A stretch of 64,000 nucleotides of DNA, from contig NC_043001.1 of assembly GCF_006345805.1 (NCBI RefSeq), positions 94,302,001 through 94,366,000 on the forward strand, in the 5' to 3' direction. The first letter of the stretch is position 1; each line of letters starts with the position of its first letter. The translations under genes were made by a program, and so were the position numbers. Positions 38,486 to 50,862 of the stretch are shown piece by piece. The notes beneath the pieces are model-generated. The model saw only the letters and a program-made list of their open reading frames with translations, had not been told where the DNA came from and searched no databases. Source of the stretch: Octopus sinensis. Lineage: Eukaryota.

Positions 38486-39031
38486 ATATATATATATATA
38501 TCATCATACTCGTCGCAGCTCAACCAGTGGGAATGACTTAATGTACGTCTTCATCCAGCACATCACATATTTCTTTGCAGTAACTCAATTCAATTAATTC
38601 GGGCAGTTTTCCAAATATCAATATTCACCCCATCAAAAACAAAGCAAAACTTCCCAAATTCTTTTCCTACATCTAAAAAGAGTGTAGATATATTTTTAGG
38701 CGCTGTCACTTCTTTTGTAGGCATCGGAATGTCCTAACTTCTATGCCAATGAGATTCGTAATATTTGTTTACAGAGACCATCCTTTGTGTGACCATATTA
38801 AGCAGCTTCAGCTATTTCTAAATCACAAATCAAATATCTTTGTATTCCCGGAAATTACTCAGAGGCCGTCGCGAATAAAAAAAAAATGTTTTCTTGTGCT
38901 TTTTCTGTAGATGCACACTCACACCCACACAAATAAACAAATACACACACATACACACATACATGCGATTATATATTTATGTATATATGTATATGCATGC
39001 ATATGCATATATATTTATGTGTTTCAGTATG

Positions 39032-39089
<58 letters not shown>

Positions 39090-39101
39090 TATATATATAT
39101 G

Positions 39102-39159
<58 letters not shown>

Positions 39160-39184
39160 CATACATATATATATATATATATTA

Positions 39185-39255
<71 letters not shown>

Positions 39256-39762
39256 TTATACATATAGGCACGTAGGAATTCGTACGCAAAGACTTAATAT
39301 ATACCGTTGTTCAGATTCAGAAACTCGCAGAAATTTCCTTCGATCTACATTAACACACAATTACAATGCCCGACCAATATCTTTCACATACACTGTTATG
39401 TTCTTACTCTAGTATTTTGTATGTTTTATGTGTTTGGCGTAAGTTCTTTTTCTCAGTTTTCTGTTTAACCTCCTTATATTTACTTTTCATAGCACGACCG
39501 AACTTGCCTGCGTGTTTCGCTGTAGAAATCTATTGACAACTCGTGTCTTGCAGCATTAATTGAATATCTACATAGTATAATCAGGAATTTTCTGTTATCT
39601 AGGAATACATGCTTCTAATGCAGCATCAGGTAAACAAAGGACAAATCATTTCTTAGGAAAATTCTAGAGTAAATGAAATGGGGAATTGTAACAGTAAAAT
39701 TGAAAACACTAAGTGCACATCCCAAAATAGTGGAAATTTAATGTACAACACGACTATTGTAG

Positions 39763-39793
<31 letters not shown>

Positions 39794-39811
39794 AATGTGT
39801 GTGTATATATA

Positions 39812-39875
39812 TGGCGTAGTGGTTATGAGCGCGGGCTACTAACCCCACGATTCCGAGTTCGATTCTAAGCAGTCA

Positions 39876-39937
<62 letters not shown>

Positions 39938-40123
39938 GTAGTAATAATAAGAAAATTGATGATGATGATGAGGATGATATCAACATCGAAAAATACATTA
40001 GGAATGAGAACCTAGCTTCAAAATTTCACAAAGACACCTGATGAGGGCTGGAGGGTGTACCAGCCGAAATGTTGTGTTAATAACAAATAGGATAAGTGCA
40101 ATTATCCAGCAATTGTAAATAAT
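39812..40123 (+). mobile_element. Composite SINE: tRNA-like head, (TAA)n/(GAT)n, then a hammerhead-containing tail
   Basis: A box TGGCGTAGTGG (39812-39822), B box GTTCGATTC (39857-39865) and HHR at 40033-40078. Confidence 0.75.
40033..40078 (+). ncRNA. Minimal type I hammerhead ribozyme motif
   Basis: Stem I GACAC/GTGTT; core CTGATGA 40038-40044; one extra G; stem II GGCTGG/CCAGCC; GAAA 40066-40069; stem III ATGT; predicted site GUU after 40073. Confidence 0.75.
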
Positions 40124-40133
40124 ATACATAATG

Positions 40134-40167
<34 letters not shown>

Positions 40168-40240
40168 ATAATATATATATGTATGTGTAAGTGTGTATAT
40201 ATATATATATGTACATAAAATTATATGCATATATATATGT

Positions 40241-40284
<44 letters not shown>

Positions 40285-40401
40285 GCTAAAATATCTGTCT
40301 ATCTGTCTATCTATTATATATGTATATACGTGTGGGTGGGTGTGTGGTGCGCGCGCGCGCGTGTGTATACATTCTGACATTTGTATTTCACAATGCAAAT
40401 A

Positions 40402-40596
40402 AAGTGATAGTGTTTTTCCGAACGTACAGTTGCTGTTAGAACAGCAGAAATAGTAGGTACATCACCCTTATACCACAAATATGTGTTGGAGTCCCATGAC
40501 AAGTTTTTTTTTTGCCTTGTAACGGTAATTTACACAGTCTTTCTGCTGTTCTAATGGCAACTATGCGTTCGGAAAAATACCATCTTAGTTTTATCG
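40402..40596. mobile_element. Small MITE-like element with ~50-bp TIRs; a solo copy of one end lies at 42699-42769
   Basis: CCGAACGTACAGTTGCTGTTAGAACAGCAGAAA is inverted relative to TTTCTGCTGTTCTAATGGCAACTATGCGTTCGG. Confidence 0.65.
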
Positions 40597-40720
40597 TGCG
40601 TCTATCTCTCTTTCTCCCTCTCTATCTTTCTCTCTCTATCTATCTATACATACATATTTATATATATAAATATAATATATAATATATTATTATATATATA
40701 AATATATATAATTTATATAT

Positions 40721-40773
<53 letters not shown>

Positions 40774-41203
40774 TTATATAAAAGGGCTTAGTAAAATAAA
40801 TTACTTTGCCGCATACTTTTTTTTAGCTGCTATTTCTAACGAGTTCAGTATGCGGCAAAGTAATTTATTTTACTAAGCTCTTTTATATAATGTAATAATT
40901 TGAATTTGCCTTAAATGGTCCCTTTGCATACTGAATACTTGGTGAAATTGATTAATTAATTAATTAATTTTACCCTCAATTGTTGAAATTATAATTCATC
41001 TCTCTCTACTTAATTGTCTCGGATTTTACCGAAAAAAGCATAGTGTTTGCTGATTTTAACCCACGCTGGTGGAAAGGGGAGAGCAGAAATTTTTCTCTTG
41101 CATATTTGAGTTTGTTGGCACTGTTAGTTTGGAGCAGATCTTCAGAAGCGATAACAAGCCGAAAGGGTATGCTCCCATTTTCAGTGTTTTCAAATTCAAA
41201 CAA

Positions 41204-41274
41204 GGGCATTCTGAGATGATGAGAGAAGGGTCGATTTTGGCTAATCTTGAAACGTACGTACTCAAATAACCTTG
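41204..41274 (+). ncRNA. Hammerhead, unit 1 (core variant AUGAUGA; GUA site intact)
   Basis: TGAG-ATGATGA-GAGA...TCTT-GAAACGTACGT-A-CTCA; C3 is replaced by A at 41216. Confidence 0.7.
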
Positions 41275-41758
41275 CATTTGATTTTTTAATGTCTCTAAAA
41301 CATCTACCCTCATACTTTCTTGAGTTGAATCGAGCAAACACTATATGAGAGAGGTTTTCTTTAAGTGTTAGAATAGTTTTTTTAGCTGCTATTTCTAACG
41401 AGTTCAGTATGCGGCAAAGTAATTTATTTTACTAAGGCCTTTTATATAATGTAATAATTTGAATTTGCCTTAAATGGTCCCTTTGCATACTGAATACTTG
41501 GTGAAATTGATTATTAATTAATTAATTTTACCCTCAATTGTTGAAATTATAATTCATCTCTCTCTACTTAATTGTCTCGGATTTTACCGAAAAAAGCATA
41601 GTGTTTGCTGATTTTAACCCACGCTGGTGGAAAGGGGAGAGCAGAAATTTTTCTCTTGCATATTTGAGTTTGTTGGCACTGTTAGTTTGGAGCAGATCTT
41701 CAGAAGCGATAACAAGCCGAAGGGTATGCTCCCATTTTCAGTGTTTTCAAATTCAAAC

Positions 41759-41830
41759 AAGGGCATTCTGAGCTGATGAGAGAAGGGTCGATTTTGGCTA
41801 ATCTTGAAACGTACGTACTCAAATAACCTT
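41759..41830 (+). ncRNA. Type I hammerhead ribozyme, unit 2 (fully canonical core)
   Basis: Stem I TGAG(41769-72)/CTCA(41818-21), extended by ATT/AAT and AAGG/CCTT. Core CTGATGA 41773-79, stem II GAGA/TCTT, GAAA 41806-09, palindromic stem III ACGTACGT, and GUA site after 41817. Confidence 0.85.
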
Positions 41831-42308
41831 TGCATTTGATTTTTTAATGTCTCTACCCTCATACTTTCTTGAGTTGAATCGAGCAAACACTATATGAGAG
41901 AGGTTTTCTTTAAGTGTTAGAAATAGTTTTTTTAGCTGCTATTTCTAACGAGTTCAGTATGCGGCAAAGTAATTTATTTTACTAAGCCCTTTTATATAAT
42001 GTAATAATTTGAATTTGCCTTAAATGGTCCCTTTGCATACTGAATACTTGGTGAAATTGATTAATTAATTAATTAATTTTACCCTCAATTGTTGAAATTA
42101 TAATTCATCTCTCTACTTAATTGTCTCGGATTTTACCGAAAAAAGCATAGTGTTTGCTGATTTTAACCCACGCTGGTGGAAAGGGGAGAGCAGAAATTTT
42201 TCTCTTGCATATTTGAGTTTGTTGGCACTGTTAGTTTGGAGCAGATCTTCAGAAGCGATAACAAGCCGAAAGGGTATGCTCCCATTTTCAGTGTTTTCAA
42301 ATTCAAAC

Positions 42309-42380
42309 AAGGGCATTCTGAGCTGATGAGAGAAGGGTCGATTTTGGCTAATCTTGAAACGTACGTGCTCAAATAACCTT
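42309..42380 (+). ncRNA. Hammerhead, unit 3 (core intact; site mutated to GUG)
   Basis: CTGATGA 42323-29 and GAAA 42356-59; position 17 is G at 42367. Confidence 0.7.
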
Positions 42381-42811
42381 TGCATTTGATTTTTTAATGT
42401 CTCTACCCTCATACTTTCTTGAGTTGAATCGAGCAAACACTATATGAGAGAGGTTTTCTTTAAGTGTTAGAAATAGTTTTTTTAGCTGCTATTTCTAACG
42501 AGTTCAGTATGCGGCAAAGTAATTTATTTTACTAAGCCCTTTTATATAATGTAATAATTTGAATTTGCCTTAAATGGTCCCTTTGCATACTGAATACTTG
42601 GTGAAATTGATTAATTAATTAATTAATTTTACCCTCAATTGTTGAAATTATATATATATATATATATATATACTGGGTAAATCATATATATATATATGAT
42701 TTACCCAGTTTTTTCTGCTGTTCTAACGGCAACTATGCGTTCGGGAAAATGCCATCTTAATTTTATCGGACATATATCTATCTATCTACATCTCCCCCTC
42801 CATATATATAA

Positions 42812-42848
<37 letters not shown>

Positions 42849-42862
42849 GATATGTACGTATA

Positions 42863-42951
<89 letters not shown>

Positions 42952-43535
42952 CACCTTGTAAGCGTGTATATATAGATATTCTGCACTTCTTAAAACATGA
43001 CGGTACACAGTATACTTATAGTGTAAGTATCTGATGGAGAGGGAAGCAAATCTCTCATGCGCGCTTTTCTATCTATCATTATCCAGCTTAACAGCTCTCC
43101 ACAGGCATGTATTATCTAGGAGTGGAAAAAAATTAATACAAAAAGACCACGATGCTACTGTACAGATTACTTTTGGGTTTTAATATAGCGATACAGGAAA
43201 TCTATGGCCGTTTGACACCATAACATTCTTAAACATTAACGCTGGATGCCACATTAACGCTAAGCACGGATTTTAATCCTAAATTCTCTTCCCAATCATG
43301 ATAGTTTTAACGCAAACTCTGATCCTTAATATTGAACACTAAATCTATAAGCTAACTCTAAGTATAAATCATAACCTTTACAATATCTTCAAACCTACTA
43401 CTAAGCGTAAGCAATTTTGTGCGATGTTGAGTATTAAATATGATGAATGTTATTCAAACCAACAAAATTTGTTTGAAAATACTACTCTCACGCTGTAATT
43501 TCCCACAAGATAATTGTCTTTATACATAGATTTCT

Positions 43536-44870
43536 CAGGATGTTCAATTTAAAAGTTGACTCGATTGATTAACCGTCGTAATATTGCCTCTCTTTCATTG
43601 GCTCAGATTAGCTCTCTCTTTGATTGTTTCACTATGCGAAATTGACTTTAGACTTTTACGAGTGTAACACTCATTCGAAATTTCCTCTGGAGTCGTAATG
43701 GTGTTATCAGTGCAGCAACGTTCATTTACTGTGGAATCTTATTTTAGATCAGGACGTTTTATCAATTGGCGATGGATTTACTTCTTTGTCGATTTCGTTA
43801 CTGATTTTAAGAGCGAATATCCAAATGTCCCTTTGCTAACAAAGCAGGCAATTAATGTTCTGAATAAAAAGTTTAGGAAGACGGGCTTAGTTGAAAATAA
43901 GAAACACGTTCGCCGACGTACCCGCCTTTCCGATGATGCTATGGAATATATCATCAACGAATTCTTCGCCGTCCCAGGAGATGTGTGCGATGCTTGTCTC
44001 ATGAAACTGGATTATCTGTTGGCAGCTGCCAAACTGTTCTTCACAAATCGCTGAAATTGTACCCATATTGCGTGTCTTCTTTACATGAACTTATTTCTGC
44101 TGATTTTACCAAAAGATTGGATTACTGCAAATGCTTTCAAGAGAACACGGATGATAACCCACTTGACATAACCTTTTTCAGTGACAAGACTTGCTTTCAC
44201 CAATCGGGATAACTAAACTCGCAAAACACTCGCATCTGGAGTGCTCTCCATCTTCACAGGTTTGTTGAATCACCCTCACATGCAGTGAAAAGTGGTGTAC
44301 GGATGACTATCAGCTGGCGAAGAATAGTAGGAACGATTTTTTCCCAAGAAATCTTGAATTTGGAACATTATTGTGAGGTATTTGATCAGCTTGTTGAGCA
44401 GCTAAGTGATAATGAAAAAAGTAATGCATGGCTTCAACAGGACTCCGCAACATATTATGTTAGCAACCACACTTTGTTTCACTTACGACAAACTTTTGAT
44501 CACAGGTTCTTCATGAAAGTCCTCTGGCCACCCTGGCCGCCAGATTTAATGCCTCTCGATTTCTTTTTATTTCTCGATTTCTTTTTATCAGGGACGCTGT
44601 TTGCAAAGAATCCGCATACACTTGATGAACTGTGTACGGATATTACTGATATTGTCCAAAATATCTCACGTGAAGTTTTGATTAACGCGTTCTAGAACAA
44701 ACGTAATCGTATTGATTTATGTCTACAACGTGACGACCAACAATTTTGTAACTAGTTTGACGTAACTTTTCAATGACCATTTTAATAAAAGTAGGTTTGT
44801 CCATAATATGGCACATTTTTAAAAACTATTAATAAATACAGTTGGGTCTACTTTTAAAATGGACACTCTG
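43536..44870 (+). mobile_element. Decayed full-length Tc1/mariner element, rosa/DD41D-like
   Basis: 32-bp imperfect TIRs (CAGGATGTTCAATTTAAAAG... / ...CTTTTAAAATGGACACTCTG|TA). Peptides MVLSVQQRSFTVESYFRS, FFSDKTCFHQSG, WLQQDSAT and WPPWPPDLMPLDFF. Confidence 0.88.
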
Positions 44871-46230
44871 TAGACTAACTTGGTTAATATGGAGTTGGTT
44901 CTTGTAAATATTTATAGAGTATTTCTTTACGTTAATGAAAACATTACTATTTTCCGATTTACAATGCATTTCGTTTAACTTCCTTTGTAGTGGTGATCAA
45001 GTTGTGTGTTCCTTTAGAAGATTCAGTGAATGTGCGTGGCAGACTGTCATTTAATGTAATGGTTGATATTAATGTGAACAATTTGACAAAATAATAGACG
45101 CTATATATTTTCTGCATTTTATTCTGAAATCTTGGCTTTTAGATGAAGAGGGTTCAAATAATTGAATTTCTCTGTATGTATTTATTTTTGAAACATCGTG
45201 AGGTCAATTTAATGGGCATGGCGAATAATGCGTTAGTAGAAACTAAGGCAAGAAAATTATTTGAAAACGAAATATCATATAATCATAGAAAACTAAGGCA
45301 AATCTGTTTCCAAACATTCACAATAAGAAATTCAAACTTTCTTTAACCTTAGCCGTAATTTAAATTACGTAATCCGACACCAAAAACATAATCTGCGTGA
45401 ATTTGACGAAGAGTATATTGAGATTGTCTCACGGTAGAGTATCATCAGATATGGGAATAAAATTATTATAAAAATGCCCGGTATTTGTATGACAGGGTTC
45501 CAATTTCATTATGAAATATAAGAAACACACAAGCTAATATACAAAAGCGCAGCAATAATCACCACGAGATATTATCCGCGATACTAGTCCAGCTTCCATA
45601 AAGCCATTTGCAGGGCAATTAAGTATAAGGTAAAATCTAATTTAAGCCACACAATATAGATTATACACCACCGTTTGGTAACATCCCAGAAAATATTCAC
45701 AAAACCAGATAACGAACTATTTAAATTGTGCTTATCCATACAGCACCAAATTAAAATGATAAATGCAATTTTCAATGATCAAGATCAACCAGAATTTTTT
45801 TTCATGGAAACATCATTTATATACGCGTCTATTATCAGTTAAACGGGAGCACATATAATGCGTAAAGTACTACGTTAGAATGATAGGACCACACAAATGA
45901 AACATGAAAAGACATTAAGGGCAACATGAATTGATCACCATTTTCCCTAATTTCCTTTCCGTATAAAACATAGTTCTTCAACTATAATCACCAGATGGCG
46001 CAATAGAAACGATATCACATTTTGCGTATAAAGGTATACCGGCTAGTGGCATAAATTTCATTATTTTTGACATTGAAATATTGGTGTTTTTTCGAGTATT
46101 CATTATTATTGTTATTATTATTATTATTATTATTATATTATTATTATTATTATTATTATTATTTTTATTATCATCATCATCATCATCACCATCATCATCA
46201 TCATTATTATTATTATTATCATTATTATTA

Positions 46231-46279
<49 letters not shown>

Positions 46280-46654
46280 TAATATTATGTAAACAACAGA
46301 AGTAACTTTACTTCTTCTTTGCTAGATTCGCACATACGCTAAAGTAAATTTAAGAAGATCAGACAAGTAAATGTAGCTCGGTGTCCATTAAGTGATATAT
46401 ACGGATATGTGCTCCTGGCCGAGTGTGTACCGACATAGATTGCAGCCAAGGACAAGAGGAATATTAAAACTCATATCGAAAGGCAATTCTTTACGTTTTA
46501 TGCAAAAGAAATACCACACAAATATCGCGGCAATGTCAAAGTAAGGGACTGAATAATGTATGTAAAATAAAGTCACACACACAAACACAAACATGCGTGT
46601 ATATAATTCTGCACATGTATTCAAAGTGTGTGTGTTTGAGTTTGCGTGTGTGTG

Positions 46655-46685
<31 letters not shown>

Positions 46686-48386
46686 TGTGTGTATGTGTGT
46701 GTGCATGTGTGTGTGTGTGTGTATGTGCGTGTGTGCGTGTGCGTGCGTGTGTTGCATGCGTGTAAATCATAGTAATACTTATAAAGGAGTAACTTAAATA
46801 TTCTGAAGGCATAAAATTAAAATCAATAAATGTATTTCACTGAAACATTTTTTCTGATAATTCGAAACAAATCTTTGAAAGCACACGTGCACATTTCGTC
46901 CTCTTCATGCAGAAAGTCACTGCACCCACCTCACATACACATGCACACACAGTTATGATCACATACAAACACACTCATGCATACACACAAACACAATTTT
47001 GCTCAGGTGTATATAAGAATACGGATTTCAAAAGGATAAGCTAATTGAAAAATGAAATAAGGGGCCTTTTGTTTGTGTCATGTGGTTAGTGCATCCTATA
47101 TGCAAAGGTATTTATTTATTGTTTTGTATTTGGTTACATATGAAACAGAAATCCGTTACTGAACGAAACTTACTTAATGGAAGACATGAAAACATCAGGG
47201 AATTAATGAAGATTACTGGAAGGATTACGGCAAAAATAAAAGCAAATAATACGTTGTTGGTTTTGGAAAATGCTATTGAAATTTAATAAATATTCTTTTT
47301 TTATGTCGCAATGCACATGCTTTATTCTCTATTGTCTCATGTCATACAGGGATAATCACAGCGCATGATGCTGCTGGCTATACGTGTATATGTAACTGCG
47401 CATGCGAATACACACAGACGCACATGAATGGGTTCTCACAAACGCAAACATATATAGAAATAATGAGAGAACAAAAGAACAGTGAATTAAGAGCTAAGAC
47501 CCCAAATAAATTATATAAATCATGCGAAATCCTGTAGTTCTCAGAAGAATTTACAAAGTTTAGTTGCCAAGAGAACTGAAGAATCAAATACTACGAAATT
47601 TTTCTTTTTGGCTGGGAGTGACGGGAAAAAAAACTTAATATAAATCTGTTTGTGTGTGAGCTTGTTTGTAACCATGAATTTGCTTATGTGTTTAAGGGTT
47701 TGACACAACGCTGCTGGTTAAAAATTGGTATTTAGCCAAACGGTACATGCTGAACTTATAATTGAGGTATATATAATTCTAAAAATACTCATGAAGTCGC
47801 CATAACTACCAGAAGCAATAAAAAGTGAAAATAAAAACAAATAATGTATTTATAGTACAAATATCTTTGTTGCTGTAAGGAATCATCTTCCCACATCCTC
47901 TTATACTTTTCTTTTTATATGGTTAATATATTAACTAGTAACGAGGAAAATCTTTTTGTTTATTCCCAATTCTCCAAAGGAAATGAAATCTAAGTTTTCT
48001 AATATTCTCAGAAGATATCATCTCAAATTTTCATTGAAGTTTTAATGCTTTGTACGCGTATAAGAAAATATTATTTTTCACTTTAGTACACAATACATTT
48101 CATGGATTAGTCAAATGAATGCTGGAAAACATATGGTATTGTTTATGTTTTTGAGATTTGTAATGCAAAATATACTAGCGGTAAAAAGAATGAGATTCAA
48201 TTTATCCACAAATTTGATATGCATGTCAAACTAAAATACCAACAAACACTCATTCGTGAGTAGTTCGTTGTGTTTGACCTCGGCAAATATTTAGTCGGGT
48301 CTCTTACCAGTAATTCATCTGTTGGGTTCATATCTACTTTACATAAACTTATTGACGTGGAATTTGAAGTCCAGTTTCTTCTTTTC

Positions 48387-48575
48387 TTTCTTTTACTTGT
48401 TTCAGTCATTTGACTGCGGCCATGCTGGAGCACCGCCTTTAGTCGAGCAAATCGACCCCAGAACTTATTCTTTGTAAGCCCAGTACTTATTCTCTCGGTC
48501 TCTTTTGCCGAACCGTAAACATACCAGCATCGGTTGTCAAGCAACGCTAGGGGGACAAACACAGACACACAACAT
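48387..48575 (-). mobile_element. SINE family 1, 3' half (other halves or fragments at 38091-38230, 57650-57860 and 62495-62834)
   Basis: CTTTTACTTGTTTCAGTCATTTGACTGCGGCCATGCTGGAGCACCGCC tail. Confidence 0.9.
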
Positions 48576-49102
48576 ATTTTTATATTAACAGTTCCTATAT
48601 TATCCATACTCGTTTTGTCTTGTACAAAAAAGACGTTATTTTTAATTAACCCTAGCAGCTCTGGTTTCTATATAAATCATACCATAATTCAATCCTGTAT
48701 CGTTGTGTGCAGATCTTAAATATATGAACCTGATGATTTGAATCCTCAACAGCAACAATGAACAGAGAGGACAAAAACGGATATTCTCCAAACAACCACA
48801 TGAACATTTATCATTTTCGTATGGTTCACCACTGCATCTAACAAGGAGGAAAATCTTCCATTAATGCTTTTATCCTCTTAGGTAGCACGCCAATAAATCA
48901 TTTAAGGTAGCTATTCATGATAAATTTTCTCATGTCTGATATAATCTTTAATGCCAGTCTTATATTCCTGTTATCGAAGAGACTTCATTAGGACAGCTCA
49001 ACTTAATCACCGCAACAAGCAAATGTTTGGAAAATAAAAGTCTATAACAATAATAATGATAATATTGATCATAATAATAATAATAATAATTATTATAATG
49101 AT

Positions 49103-49162
<60 letters not shown>

Positions 49163-49163
<1 letters not shown>

Positions 49164-49717
49164 GCCCTGATGCAGTACCAGGCAGTGGCTCTCATGGCTT
49201 CTGATCTTAACTGATTGGAAGTGTTCTCATGTACATTGTTTTGTCTTGGTATAAAAGATGGGCTACAGCAAATATTCTGCTCCATACCACAGATTTGCTT
49301 GTCAGTTGTTTGACCTTAACCAGTTGAGCATGTCCCTTAGTGGCTGACGATATGTGCATCTCTGATCACGAGCAGAAGTAGTGGGGGAGCATCATAGCCA
49401 TGTGTTGAGAGGGATTCTTTGGGGTTTGAATAGTTCACCTCTGGAAACATGGGTGGTTCTTTCAACATCCTTAAACAACCCTTATTCAGGGACCGTTTGA
49501 GCAGAATGGGCTACTCAAAATGAAGAAAATTCTAACTGGGCCCTACCTGCAAGGTCATGTGCTGTTTATCTTGATATGAGATCACCATGTCGCGCACATA
49601 TGGTTGTGATGCATGTGCCTGGTGTACCTTTATCGGACGGGTAGTCATGATGGGTATATTGGGCTTCATATATTTTACCCCAGTGTCACTTTGATGGCAT
49701 GAACTGCTCTCTCACTC
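49163..49717 (+). mobile_element. Element X, independent insertion in (TAA)n, tail-to-tail with the full-length Dong
   Basis: Same ends and length as 20806-21360, but clearly diverged in sequence. Confidence 0.85.
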
Positions 49718-49801
<84 letters not shown>

Positions 49802-49828
49802 TATTATTGTTATTATTATTATTATTAA

Positions 49829-49887
<59 letters not shown>

Positions 49888-49888
<1 letters not shown>

Positions 49889-50830
49889 GTAGCTTTATTT
49901 TTATAGCGTGCTGTCACTTCACTACCGAGCGCAGCTGTGTGTGCCTTAGATATGTGCTGTGATTTGTTGTGATGCTCTGATGGTTATTGTATGGAAAGTG
50001 TTCTGCGTAGGATATGTGCAGTGCCTAGTAGTGCAATTTTCTGTATGTTAAATGTGTTTGTAAGTCCTGGTGTTTTTGTTATGTATTTGTTTGAATATTT
50101 TTTCATCATGCCTAATGCACCTACTATGATAGAAATTGTTTCTGTTTTTAGATTCCACATTCTGGTTACCTCTATTTCCAGGTCTTTGTATTTTGAAAGT
50201 TTCTCCTTTTCTTTTAGAGACACGTTGTCATCTGCCGGTATTGATATATCAATTAGAAAGCATCTTTTTTCTTCATGATCTCTGACAACTATATCTGGTC
50301 TGTTGACCTTAATTTCTCTATTTGTGTGTATCGGCATATCCAAGAGTATTATTGCTTTCTCGTTTTCTGTGATCTTTTCTGGTGTGTGCCTATACCATCT
50401 TTTTTTCTGTTGTTATTCCATAATGTTGGCATAGCTTCCAGTGTATGTAGGTTCCAACACTGTCGTGTCTGTGAATATATTCATTCTTAGCCAGGATTGG
50501 GCAGCCAGAGATAATATGATTTATTGCTTCTTGTCCATCTCCACATATTCTGCAGTTACTTGTTATATTTCTTTTCATAACATGTTTTTGGTAATTTCTG
50601 GTGGGGAGGCTTTGGTCTTGTGCTGCAATTAAAAATCCCTCTGTCTCTGCTTTGAGTCCTGAGCTTCTCAACCATTGCTGGGATTTTTCTTTGTCTATTT
50701 TCTTTGCGTTTAGTTTAGTCCAGTATTTACCATGAAAAGGCTTTTCTTGCCATCGTTTTATCATGGTTCGTTGCTGTTCTATTTTTAGTTTGGATTTCAT
50801 TTGTTTTATAGCTTTTGTTGTTTCTTCATC

Positions 50831-50862
<32 letters not shown>

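Larger units (their letters stand above)
40782..42650 (+). repeat. Tandem array of ~550-bp units (3 full plus ~170 bp), each with a hammerhead motif; flanked by (TA)n, with an inverted 36-bp piece at the left end
   Basis: TAGCTGCTATTTCTAACGAG recurs at 40824, 41383, 41933 and 42483 (spacings 559, 550, 550). Confidence 0.97.

Noticed and set aside
39812-39872. Functional tRNA gene
   Set aside because: The acceptor and anticodon stems are incomplete; it is a SINE head.
41625-41715. Second, minus-strand hammerhead in the array unit (CTGAAGA...GAAAAATTTC)
   Set aside because: Stems II and III are conceivable but stem I does not pair, so an ambisense ribozyme is not supported.
40782-42650. CRISPR-like array
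   Set aside because: Eukaryotic context and whole ~550-bp units repeat, with no unique spacers.
49163-49230. HDV-like ribozyme at the 5' end of element X or of Dong
   Set aside because: Only a simple hairpin could be formed; no P1-P4 double pseudoknot was found by eye.
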